A stretch of DNA of 64,000 nucleotides from Paragordius varius (lineage: Eukaryota > Animalia > Nematomorpha). The stretch lies in assembly GCA_964247055.1 (NCBI GenBank), contig OZ176053.1:12710001-12774000 (forward strand), in the 5' to 3' direction. Positions 1 to 12,959 of the stretch are shown one piece after another. The translations under genes and the position numbers were made by a program. Position 1 is the first letter of the stretch; every line of letters starts with the position of its first letter. The notes under the pieces were generated by a model, which saw nothing but the letters and a program-made list of their open reading frames with translations, did no database searches and was not told the origin of the DNA.

Positions 1-860
1 GGGTGATGCGCAAATCTCCTCCTCATCTTTAAACCTAATCAGTATTGGGTGATGTTAATTTTGATTAGAAAGAAAGTTGTGGCAAAAAAAGTAAAATAAA
101 TGAAAATACCAACAAACGATGGATGTTATAGGGGCATCGATCAAAGTTTCTAACCGTAATGATTTGCCTTCGGCAGCGGCCATATTTTTCAACGGGGACA
201 TTATTTTCATCTTATATTCTTTGAATATATAAAGATAGATTTTTATTATGAAAACAAACTAAAAATTTTATGATAATTCGCTAGAATATATTTTTTATGT
301 TGCAATTAGGTAAAATACCTGGACATTTTGGCTTAAATGATTTTGGTGTCGCCTCGGTGCTTTGTGTTGATTTAATAGGTTTTGTTTTCACAACTTGGGT
401 TGATTTAATCTAAATAAAAAATTAATTATAATAAAATATTATTAAAATTTTATGTTGAAAATTTAATTATTTATCGTAAATATTATCATTTGTAAAACGA
501 ACGTTTCCTTGAATTATAACTTATATAATCGCATCCCTTGTAGAATTTCCTTTTACAAAAATTTTTAGAATTAATATTTAGCAAAGCTTCAATATCAATG
601 TTATGATTGATAATTTAACGTAAGAATCATCACTGATATCTAAAAGGGTTAATAGGATATAAACAAAATTTTGAATTTACTGGTGTATGGTATTTAAAAA
701 AAGTTTTATGGTAAAATTAATACTAATAAATTATTAGATAAAATGATTCCATCATTTTTCCATTGAATTTTTGGGATTTTGGAGTCAATCGTAACTTTCA
801 CCCTGGTTAGCTTCAACAATTTTAACCGTAATTCTAAAAATCGACTTATTCGTGGCATAT
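1..860 (-). CDS. Further Ig-domain-coding exons downstream of the titin-family model (partial, runs off window start)
   Basis: Phase-consistent exons 319-409, 110-218 and 1-34 join to give IKSTQVVKTKPIKSTQSTEATPKSFKPKCP-EYKMKIMSPLKNMAAAEGKSLRLETLIDAPITSIVC-W-FKDEEEICASP, an Ig I-set N-terminal half with the W-F-K-D motif. An Ig-like fragment (..TIDSKIPKIQWKNDG..) at ~724-860 and a possible one near 540-639 have unresolved frames. Confidence 0.75.
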
Positions 861-1127
861 CTATAAAAATCAAAAAAAATCTCTATTATATATTTATATA
901 ACAGAAAAAGATAACATATTCAAATTATGTTTTTATTTCTGATTCTCGAGCTATTAAAATAAAATAAGAATAATAGCGGCTTACTATTTATGTGAATACC
1001 CAAAAATCGATAAATACTTAAATTTTTCAAATATCTTATTTTTAGGTAAAATCACTATCTCAGTGGTTGTTAATCATATGCCATTAATGCTATAACAATA
1101 TTCTTATTAATTACAAAAATTTCACCA

Positions 1128-4100
1128 TTACCACTTAAAACCCATTTTAGAATATATACGGTTACCAATATAATCGTCGCTCAAAATTGGATTATTTCGC
1201 AGTTGAGTGGTGGGAAGTGGGCCCTCACGTATTAAACCATAATGGAAAGCAGAATGATACGACCCCGAAGATCTGTCATTACTTTGTTTATCAACTATCA
1301 TGAGAGTAAAGAAGGCAGATGCCGACCCATATTTGTTGGTAAAAATACATTCATAGTTTCCATCATCCGCTAATTGGCATGAAAAAATGTGAAAAATTGC
1401 CGAATTGTATTGTTCTTCTATGGAGGTGCCTAAAATTCTATAAATAAAAATGGCTATATACATAACAAAATATTGGCTTGTGATTGATTTAATCACTTTT
1501 AAGCAATATTAAGAAAAAAATATTTTAAAGGTTATCTACCTAACAGGGAGGTTATCCTTTAACCAATTAATGAGTACTGGCCGGTCTTCAGACTCGAAAT
1601 CAATTTGAATAGAAAAGGGATCTTTAACCTTTATAGGATATAACATTAAATAGTTAATTAATTTTAGATAAACGCAAGATATAAAATTTAAACGATTGTG
1701 AAAAAACCTTAAGTATAAAGAGCTTAGGAGCCAACGATAAGCTAAAATCATTGAGCAACGTCGGTCTTCGCCCAATATGAGGTGTCATAATTTCCGAGGC
1801 AGCAGACATTTGTCCCAAGCCAGCAGCATTAACTGCACAGACACGATAACTAAATCCGGGGGTGTCTTCTGGCACGTCAATTATAAGAGGACCGCCGTTT
1901 TCATCTAATGTAAGGGAGCTGCTTTGGCTACTTGATATCGATCTTTTGGGGTACTTTTTAAGTCTATGAACAAATAAGACGTAAATTTATACCTAAAAAG
2001 TTTATCATCCATGTAATGGTTATCCTGGTAACATTCTTCCAACAAAGCCCAAACATCATCATCTTCAAATTTGCGCTCAATTCGGTAACCTATGGTTTGT
2101 TTAGAGTACGATTATATTTATTTTAGTTTTTTAGTTTGTAAAGCAATACAAAATATTATCATATATTTTACCAAGAATGGGGCATCCTCCTGTAAATCCA
2201 GGCGGTTTCCAGGCAATTTTTATGAAGGAAGGACCTTGTCCAACGCACACAGGGGGACTTGGACTGTCTGCAACGCCAATATTTTTGAGAGTTCGAAACC
2301 AGCAAGTTTCAACCGGCTCAGAAAGACCATAAATGTTTTCTGCCATTATACGGAATTGATATTCTGTATCACTCTCAAGTTCCAGAACGGTATGACGAGT
2401 TCTTACACTATACTTTGCGATAGTTCGCCAAAACACAGATCCTCGCTCTCGAATTTCAATAACATAATTTCTAAATTTGAAAAGAATGATGTTAAAATAG
2501 AATAAGATTTATTGGGGAAAAACAACTAAATTTTCAATAAAATCAAATTAAGAGCAAAATATAAATTATATTACGTTATATCCGATCCACCATTAAATAA
2601 ACTAGGGCCCCAGGAGAGATTACAATTTTCTGAAGTTATTTCGTCAATTACAATTGGTTCTTGAATGGGTCCAGGTGGGCCTTATTGTTAAAATTAGAAA
2701 CAATAATTAATTTAGCTTTTATGATAAATCCAATATTTTAACTAATTATAAATATTTGCCTTCATCCAAATAAAGATATAATTTTATGTGCCTAAAAAAT
2801 ACTAATGAACATTTACAGTGTTTTACGCCAGTAAAAGCTTACGAAAATCATCTATTAACAAATAATTTATATCCATATATGTAATATTTTCCCCAATCAA
2901 CAAGCCAAAGCAACCTTTGATACCAATAATCAAGTGGAAGGAGATAATCTTTTTAAATTTAGCGAGAAAAATATACAGTATATCAGCGGTACTTACATAA
3001 AATTTGAAAGAACCCAAAAAATATTATCATCTCTTAAGGGCCGTATTTCATATAATACAGATGAGATATTTGCAGATATTACTCATATTTATAAAAATTT
3101 AATAAATAATTCAGGACCATAAAAAAGCACTTTAAGAGTCGCGGTTTGAGTATAACTCGTATCGTTTTCCAAAATTACTATAGAGTAGGGACATATTACA
3201 AATATCATAAATATAATAGAAATTGTGACTAACACGCTTATTGCCTTAACCACTTTTGTTATAAAATATTTTTAATATCAATATACCATTTATATTACTT
3301 AAATAAAATATCATTTTGTGTCTGGTATTTGATTGATGTAAAGCAATTAGGTTACGGTCCATATTTTAGTTCGATATCAATTATTTTATAAATATTGTTT
3401 AAAATGATCTATCAAATCATGGAAATTTCGATAATTAATGCTTACCAAAAACCACGACCCAGAATTCCAACGTTTCTACTCCAAACTCGGTCCAAACAGT
3501 GATGCGGTGAAGGCCAGCAAATTCATGCGTAATTTTGGAAATGAAAAAAATTATTTGATCTGGCAAACAACTCCAATAACAGTTGGGAGTAGAAGTCAAT
3601 ATTCTATTATCGAGAGTCCATTCGATTCTTTGGACAACAAGTCCAGTATGTGGGAAAGTAGCTTCCAAAGTATCCAGTTCTTTAACCTTAAATCTTTTTG
3701 GGCCTTCGATCTCTGAAAAAAACATGTTTGTATGAATCGCTCCACCGCCAACAGAAGCAAGCGCCATACCGGGTTGACGGTCAACTTCAACTGTAAAGAG
3801 AGTATAGCACATTATTTTTATAATTAATACCTGCTAAAATATTACCATCAATTAATTTTTGTACCAGCAAAAACATAAACAAAATGTGCTTACCTCCAAC
3901 CATTGGGCCAGGAAGGCTTGGTAAAGGGCGACGAAAGTACCAGGGTGGTGGCCTGCTTAAAAAATATTTTGCCACTGGACCGTAAATGTCCATTTCGTCA
4001 TATGAATCTGGGATAGATGGCATGGAGCGATACGAAAACGTAGAACTTTTGAATTCATCCAAAATTCTTGGGTGACGAGGCGGAGAGACGCTTGATCTAT

Positions 4101-4152
4101 CCAAATTAAACATTTTTACTTCGTAATAGTTGTTTACAATATTATAAAAACT

Positions 4153-4187
<35 letters not shown>

Positions 4188-7100
4188 GGAATTAAAATTT
4201 ATAGTATATAAACCTTAAAAAACTATCATCGTAGGCTGGACCTCTATAGCCGAAAACACTGCGTCGTATTGGTCTTCGTATTGGCCTGCTTAACTCATCT
4301 AAAGTAGATAAGGAGCGCCTTCGTCTTAAGGATGCAAAGTAATATGGATTTGTGTAAATATTGTCATGATAATATACGCGCCCGGGGTGAGGTGGATAAT
4401 TAAGTATTCCCTTTCCCCCTTGAGGCAGCACTTCATCGTCCCAAAGTGGAAAAGGAATATCATTTTGATCGTAAATGGTGAAAGACCGTCTCCGTTTAGG
4501 TCTAACAAGCGGGAAAAAATCTGTGTCGACTAACGGTTTCTTTAGCTCTTCTAATGGCGGAAGCTTACGACGTCGATACCAGCTCTCGAGATTGTCAATT
4601 ACGCCATAATCATAGTTATCTATTAGATAGGGTCGTGGTCTCCGAGCTCGCCAAAGTGGGCCTTCCGAAAAAGGTGGCAATAATAATCTTTGATTGAAAC
4701 GTGGATAAAACGGTCTTGTTGGTAAAGAAAAGCCTGGCATTTCTGGCAATAATCCAGCTTCGGGCCTTGGGGTAGGCCATATTATCCCCTCTGGCCTTGG
4801 GGTTGGCAATATTATACCCTCTGGCCTTAACATTCTGGGTAAATAGTCTGCATAAGGTGGAGGGGTAAGAGAGCGCCTATAATGATCTGGTAAAGGTTCT
4901 ATCTTTCGATAACTAGGACCGGGAGGTGCAACATTTAATTGAAAGTCATATCTAAACCATAAAATAAAATATTGAAAAACTAAATGATTTTGCTAAAGAT
5001 GCAAAAAAAATATTTTATTACCACCATTATATACCAAACTAATCTAAAGCTAACAGCAAAACGATTAAAACAATATTTCATTTATAAAATATATATGACT
5101 AGACTACGTTTTAGCCTTATTCAATAAACAAAGATAATTGGTACAGAGCCTCGGTTTTTTTAACATTGACTATGAGTTATTATACCCACGGTAATTTCGT
5201 GACTAAACCAGTGTGTATTATGTGACATTTTAGCGTTAAAAAAGTATTTACCTCTAAACTGTAATAAAAATTTCTTACGATTTCGTCAATAAACACTGTG
5301 CAGATGTTAATTAATATTAAATTTATAAAATTATGCTTTAATTCTGCATACTCTCCGGTAGATTATGTGATTGCACTAAACTAAATGCGAAATATGAAAA
5401 ATCTGTATATGATGAGATGACAAAAAGACAAAATATCTACACAATATGTTATTATAATGACAAAATTTTGTAAAGGTTATATATAGTATTACCTATCAGG
5501 GGCTAATGGGTTAGTTGGAGTTAACAAATATTTCCCTCCGTGGTCAAGATCTATTTTGGGAATCTTAATTCTTACACAAGGTTGTGTGTCTGGCAGTTCT
5601 AACCGTTCAGAATCAGTATCCCTGGGTGTATACCGGGGCAGAGGTAATCCTTCTCGATACACTTCAAGCTATATTAGTATTTCATCAAAAAACAAAAAAA
5701 TCTATAATATTTTGAGAAAAGTCATTGAAAGGACCTTTCTTTTTTTAATATATCTTTCTGTCTGATTTCCTATTACACGTTACTGAAATTATTTATAAAT
5801 TTATATTAATATTGATTAAAGGGTAATATAATCAATATCCATACAATTAGTATTAAAAAATGAAACAATCTCATTAGATAAGCAGATATTTAGTTAAAAT
5901 TTACACATAAGATGTACGTTATATTGACCGCAATATTAGACCTGTTTCGATTTATTTATATGACATTATCCCTTACTGCGCAAAGCTTGACTTATCCATA
6001 TTCAACTTTTTTGCTCAGTTTCCTTAAATTCAAAATAAAACGGCCAGTCGAATAGGACACAAATGTTAAAATATAATAAAGTACCATGATAGGACGTGGT
6101 CTTGCATCTAATTTCGGACCTAAAAAATAAAAAACATCACATTAGAGAGATTGTTTAAAAGTATTTTTTTGCAAAAAAAAACTTGGAATAATTTCCATAG
6201 GAATCCGGGGTTGAGACCGTCGCTTTAGTTCATTAATCTCTTCCTCCAAGTTTGCAAGTTCTTTATCACGATTTTCGCGTGCTCGTTGTAAATCTTTTTC
6301 CTATAGATCAAATTAAATTTGTAAAACGCAATAGAATATAAAATATGTATGCATACCAAGTTGTATTCGTCTGGTTTATGCAATTTGGTGGGTTTGGGAT
6401 GATATTCCTCGCCTGCAAACGGGTATCCTATTCTTTCTCGATCGGCTTCGCGTTCCCTTTCGTGCTTTTCTCGAAGAATTTCAGACATTTTTGGCTCTTT
6501 AAAAATATTGGACATCAATCAAGAATAATATGGCCAAAAAATCATGCGAATAATAAAAAAATTAAAACAAAATTTAAATTTCCTCACATTTAGAAACAAA
6601 TATTTACAAACACAACTAATATGTTAAATATTTATAGTTTGGAATATTAGTTTGCTTAATACTTAAGGTTTACTTTGTCTGGGTGTTATTGGTTCCGTTT
6701 CTCTGACTCTCGGTTGGGAAAGGCGTTTGAGATGAGCGATTTCTTCATCTAAGTTTGCTAAATCCCGCTCTCTAGCTGCACTTTCTCGACGTAACCTTTC
6801 TCTTTCCTGTAAAATTCATTCTTAATTTAAAAAATGTACAATAAAATATTTTTTATATGAGAGAAAAATTTGGAAAATACGTGATGTAACAAATCATCGG
6901 GGGTCGTTTTTCGACTTGTTGCGTATCTTTCCTCATCTAAAAGCCCAGGTTCGTAAGGGTACTCCCGATCATACTCAATTATTATTTCTGTAAATGTAAA
7001 AATATAAAATTAATAATTGATTAAACGATTATAAAAAGGTTTTAAATTGCAATTTAACCATCAGGAGACTCAAATCGTGGCGAAGGCTTAAATGGTATAT

Positions 7101-10100
7101 CTGATTGTTTTCTGGTAAGTTGTGTCTCAACTGGCACGTTTCTTGAAAGTTCAGGATAGCTTAAACGTTCTGTTATAAATTTTAATGTAATAATAATGCG
7201 TTGATTGCAAATAGTGTAAAATTTTTTACACCATACAAACAAAAGATTTAAAGTTTTTGTCTAAATTTCAAGAAATAACAGAAATCGCGCCACAGAGGGT
7301 AGAGAAAATGATTTATCAGGGGCAAAAATTATTATAAATGACAAATAATTTATAGTTCAGAAAATTGCAATAAAGTCATGAAACCTTGCATGATCATATG
7401 TGGAATAAAATTCAAAGTGAGGTGAAAAATGCCGTTCTTTAAGCCTTTAAATTAATTATTAAACGAATTAATGAGAAAATAAATAATATATAAAGCCCAG
7501 AATACTTGAAACAAACTACTATAAACAGAAAAACCTAAATTCTTCGCATGGACAACATTTAAAGCCAGGCCCTCAACACAAATGGCTTCGCCGGCCACAT
7601 AAAAAATATTGGCACTAATAAATCAATAAATTTAATTAAACTTAGAACTGTATAAAAATATAAAAACAATATAACTGCTAATTTATATCCCTATTTTTTG
7701 CTAGTTGGTTGCCAAAAATTAAAAACTACAATTTTACTAATATTTTAGGAAAAGCATGTTTTTGCGTATGAAATTAATTCCTAGCCTATTCAAAAATTTT
7801 CTATATTTTTCGCGGGCATGACAGGAGGGCCCCCTGTTCACTTGATTTAGAGGGTTAAAAAGGATTCAATAGCGAGTATGGTCAGAAAAAATATAAAAAT
7901 AAGGCCTTTGCTTCCAAATGAACACTAAAATTGAGTATCAAGTAGAATTGCAAGTGAACATAGGATTTAACAAATATTATAGTTTCAAAATGTTGTACTA
8001 TAGATTTTATAAAAATTCAGGTTAAATATGCCATCTCATTATTATGCAAGATAAAATTTCTCACACAAAATATCAAATTCGAATATAAACGGCTATGCAA
8101 CTAAAACGTTGCCTACGCATGCCGAGTATTAATATTTAGATAAGTTTTTTAACTAAATACATTTGATCGCATATACTTTATTTAGAGTTTAAATTATTGG
8201 AAAATATATATTTTTTTTAAAACAAACAATATTTTAAATTAACCTGGAGTTCTTGGTTGGATTTCCGTCTCTATTTCTTTATGGGTTTCACTTTCCGTAA
8301 AAGTGTGAGTTTCTTCCTCTTCCTGAAACGCTCTGGTTGGCATTTTCTTATCAATGACAACAGATTCTCGCAAAATTACTTGACTAGTTTCAGGTTTTAT
8401 GGGTTCAGGTGTGGATGGTTTTCGCCCTATTAATTATAACATTTTTTCATTTTATATATCGAATTGACGACTAATCAATAGTATAAAATATTGAAAAAGT
8501 CCAATTTTTAATTCGTATTTAACCTGGAGGGCTTGGCTGGATCTCAACTTCAATTTCTTTTCGCGTTTCACTTTCTGTAACAGTTTCGGTTTCTTCCAGT
8601 TCTTGAACTGCTGTTTGAGATGACTGTTTTCTGCCATCAGAAACTAGGGATTTTTGCAAATTCAATTGACTAGTTTCAGATTTTATAGCCTCAGATGTAG
8701 ATGTTTTTGGTCCTACATGTAAATTTTTTTTTAGAAAAATGCCCTTCAAATGACCTTGACAAAAAACCATACAAATAGGAAATCCTTAGATGAGCTTGAT
8801 TAAGAGCTCATAAATAAATTCATAAAAAATGATGATATTTAAGTAAAACAAAACATACACACAAATTTTTTAATTATTTTCATTAATCCTTCTGGGAGAC
8901 CGAATGTTATGTATGAATATTATTTAGGAAATATAAATAGATTATTGTATATATGTACCGATTAGGTTTAACCGAATATTTGCCGCGCTTTCTCCATATG
9001 GATTAAGAGCTAAGCATCTGTACTTGCAGAAATCATTAATCGTCGGATTCTGTTGGCGTCATTAAAAAAACAAAATTTGTAAAAATATTGTCAAATAATA
9101 AAATTATTTATATTCTTTATTTACATGTATAGTTAGGATGATTTTATAGAAGTTTCGGGATTCCATACTCATGACCGATTCGTATCGTTGAGAAGTCATG
9201 ACCTGATTTTCACAATACCAAGTTAGGTCGGGCACGGGGTTGGCTTCCACTAGACATTCAATCAAGAGTCTCGTGTTTCCTTCCAGTTTGACGAAAGGTT
9301 TGTTATGGAACCGAGGAGCGATTCCATGAAAAATTCTATAAATTTTAGTTAAATGTCGATAATTAATTACCTTGGAGGCTTGACATCCGTGATCTCTAAA
9401 TTTAGATATATTAGTAAATATATAATTTCGATTTTCGGTTTCATATTCATAAAGCATAATATAATTATAAAGTACCATATTCTAGATGAAACGAATCAGT
9501 AGCAGATCCATTTTTATTCCTTGCAACAATCCTATAATCTCCGGCATCGTTCAAGTTCGCGTCATGAACTTCCAAACTTAAAATGTAATCATTTCCTTGT
9601 AACCGCGATTGTGTTCGATATTTGCCCCCATTTTGAATCAAATGATCTCCGATAAACCTAAAAATCATAGCTTAAAAAAGTTAGGTACCATTGGATGTCT
9701 GGACCAGGTTGGGCCGACAGTCGGCATTCAAAGTAGACGACACTTCCTTCCTCTGATTGTCGAACATGCAGTTTTTCAGTAAAAGTTGGGGAGAAATCAG
9801 ATTTTTGAGGCAAGTAATAATCTTAAAAAAGAAATATATTTTGACTTTAAAGACTATATGAAAAAGAAGACTTTTATTGAAGCGATATTACCATCAAAAG
9901 TTATGGCTATGATTGAGGTACATTGGCCAGCTTGGTTACTAGCACAAATATGATAAGTTCCAGCATTTTCAACCCCTAGGCGGGAAATTGTGAGAGTTGT
10001 AATGTAATAATATTTATCCGTGCATTTAATTTCGATGCTATATTGTCCACCCGTCTAATATAATGTTATATAATGTTTAAAACATTTTTAAACCAATGCA

Positions 10101-10102
10101 TT

Positions 10103-10171
<69 letters not shown>

Positions 10172-10847
10172 CAAGACATACTCTAATTTCTTGGTCGTTA
10201 AATGTCCAAACAATGTTGGGCTTTATTTCACTGCAAATTGTGGATTCAATAACCATTTTATGATCAGTTTGTTTGGCGCTTGTCTTTTTCTTAAAGTAAG
10301 GTGCGGAGTATTCTTCGTTTTGTTGATGAAATGTACTCACATCTTGTATATTATATAGAGGTTAATTAATGAGGGTTATAACCAAGCGTAAAATTATATT
10401 GAATTACCTTTGCTCCTAACGAAATTGAGGTGAATTTTGGATTGCGTGCTTCCGTATGGGTTTGTCGCCGTAATCTCATACGTTCCCGTATCGTAATTAC
10501 TGTTTGGTGACAAAATTATGATTGTCGCCACATAGGTATCACCTTTTTGTCGCTCCAATCGACAAACTAAATTTTGCGTAGCAATTTCACCTCCTAAATT
10601 TTGGTGAAAATCATTCGTTTTCGTTGGTAAAGAGGATCCATCTTTTTTCCATACTACGATGGGTTCAGGATTAGCGATAATCTCAACCTTAAACAAAAAA
10701 CAATCACCAAAATTAATTTCTGTTTTAAAAGCAAAAAACAGAAATAGTCTAATTTATATATACCTTGATGCAAAGACTCCCATCAGGGTTATGCGTTAAA
10801 TGAGGCTTTCTGATAATGTTGGGTGGGCTATCTTCTAAAATGACCAT
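1128..10847 (-). CDS. Twitchin/projectin-like titin-family muscle protein: Ig-Ig-Ig-Ig, low-complexity linker, Ig-Fn3-Fn3-Ig (27-exon model, ~1654 aa if it ends at 1128)
   Basis: Exons: 10764-10847, 10408-10687, 10182-10342, 9892-10054, 9689-9821, 9476-9657, 9371-9395, 9125-9335, 8959-9049, 8524-8712, 8244-8426, 7059-7169, 6881-6987, 6674-6806, 6357-6496, 6183-6300, 6085-6119, 5493-5668, 4214-4951, 3894-4096, 3446-3790, 2575-2680, 2172-2470, 1993-2089, 1708-1963, 1540-1628, 1128-1437. All introns are GT-AG, phases match, total 4965 nt. Ig motifs DTGTYEITATNPYG, DAGDYRIVARNKNG and DFCKYRCLALNPYG; Fn3 motifs YQFRIMAENIYG and YRVCAVNAAG. The first Ig (PPNIIRKPHLTHNPDGSL..ANPEPIVVW) resembles, from memory, the N-terminal Ig of twitchin/projectin. 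Exact orthology was not established. Confidence 0.88.
4155..4184. repeat. (AT)n microsatellite, intronic
   Basis: About 15 uninterrupted AT units inside intron 4097-4213. Confidence 0.95.
4760..4830 (-). repeat. 30-bp coding tandem repeat (~2.3 copies) encoding RPEGIILPTP/RPEGIIWPTP/RPEA
   Basis: Visible in both DNA and translation of exon 4214-4951. Confidence 0.85.
10102..10167. repeat. (TA)n microsatellite, intronic
   Basis: Long TA run with one interruption inside intron 10055-10181. Confidence 0.95.
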
Positions 10848-11658
10848 TGACACTTATTATACACACAATTTTGATTTTATTTAATCTTTTAAATTATATT
10901 AATATATTATAGACATATAAAAGCTGCGCGAAAATATAATTTAGAAAAAACAATACAAATAAATAAATTAGATTCGCTGGAATTCATGCAAAATGCGTAA
11001 AAACACAGCAAACACAGCAGTGGGGAGGAAATTTTTTTAATTACGTAAAACCTAGCTAGCTCGGTATATACAATTTTTATAGAATAACAGTTTAAAGATT
11101 AGTATATATATATTTATTGGAATATCGATAATAACGAATAATAATATTAACCATGAAATATTCTAATTTATTTTCTTATTTACATTGCATTACATCTTGT
11201 AACTTGTATGAGCAAGAAACAACAAGGTTATTGGTTAATCGGGTAAAGCATATCTATCTATTCATATATTAAATGGAGGGAGGTTAAATATTCATTAAGC
11301 CGATCAATCGAATAATTTTAGATAATATTTTACAAAATATTTAATTGATTAAGATATGACTCACTTCTAGTGTAAAAGTAAAAATTAGCTTATCTCGTTA
11401 GTTATGAATCATTTCGGTGACATATCCGGTCGAAATTGGAAATAATATTACAAAAAATATAAGAATTTTAATAAATTAAATTTTATGATAAAGAAACCTC
11501 AGTGTTTTCTTCGATTGTACGCAGTTCTGCAACAAAATATATTTTAATTTGCTTGAAATCAGCATCTGGTGCTTGCATATATTCCTATTTTTTACTGATT
11601 TTTTTGAAAAATGATGCATAATGTGCAAAATAATATAAAATTTTTTCCTGTTGAATGC

Positions 11659-11679
11659 TATATATATATATATATATAT
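11659..11679. repeat. (TA)n microsatellite
   Basis: About 10 TA units. Confidence 0.9.
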
Positions 11680-12959
11680 TTAACTATTAAGTTATTGTTG
11701 GAATGCAAATCAATAGAACCGAAATGGAAAAGACGCTAACACTTTTGCATAATAATATTTTTTTTAATGACTTAGTATCTTGAACTTGTTTGTAGTGATT
11801 TAGTAAACCTCTCCAAGATGAATAACCCCTGTGGCTTCTAGCTATGGGTTAAAAAAATGAATTTAAAAATCTATGGTTTAAATTTAATTTTTAATATCTG
11901 TAGCGTAAAATACCATTACTTTTAATCCGAAACTATTATACATAAAAAATGAATAGGTCCAGAATGCGCCAAATTTATACAACCAAAATATCGTTAAATT
12001 TTTTAACTAAATTAAACTAAATTAAAATAAGATAAATAGTAAATATATTTATTTTAATTGTTCATGTTTATACACACTTTGAGGAAAAAAGCAATGATTC
12101 AGATTCCAAGTTTGACGTCAATATGTGATTATAACTCTAAATTAAATTTTTATTATGATTGTTTGTCGCACAAACATTGACCAAATTATCATATCTAGAA
12201 TTAATCCATTTACATGGCAGGTGAAATGGCTTCAGATGTAAATTTTAAAAATTTTAATTTATTATCAGCATATACGAACTGAATATCAATCGGATGGTTA
12301 ACATCCACATCATTGGAAAAAATATTTAATAAAGTATATTTTATAATCCTTTAAAAAAACATTGATGGAAAAAAATATAAAAATCCACAAAATATTTCTA
12401 GCAAACATCAAAATATCCGTTTTGGCTGATTTTTTCGATATTTTCGAATTGACCCCCATTTTTTATTTTTATCAGACAAATAATTGGTGACAAAACTTCC
12501 GCAAGTATGATCTATGAATTTATATTTGCTATATATATCATGGCTTGTCAAATTTCAATTTTTTCACCTAAAAAAAGTGTAATCATGAGCTTCTTAATCC
12601 GAAATTATTAAAAAAATGAAAGAGAACTGTCAACTATAGGCATCCTTTGATTTTGTCGTCATTGATTCTACAACAAAGTTATATAATTACCAAATTAAGA
12701 ATATGTAAAAATGAACCTTGTTAACTTTTCATTTACAATATGTTCAATTGTTTGTACTTTAGGGACGCTAAAATTTGAGCATTTGTTGGTATATTTCGCC
12801 GATTGCCATACGTTAAAATGTGAAATATTAGTTAAAAAAAATAAATTAAACCAACATAAAAACAATATAAATTGCATATTAGCATCATAAATAGGGTAGT
12901 TAAAACATTTTTTAATTCAAACCAGATTAAAGAAAGGGTTGGACACGGAATGGACCAAA

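Noticed and set aside
11497-11838. Two exon-like segments (EYMQAPDADFKQ.. and ..SVFSISVLLICIPTIT*)
   Set aside because: They could not be joined in phase to each other or to the muscle gene, and the acceptors are weak.
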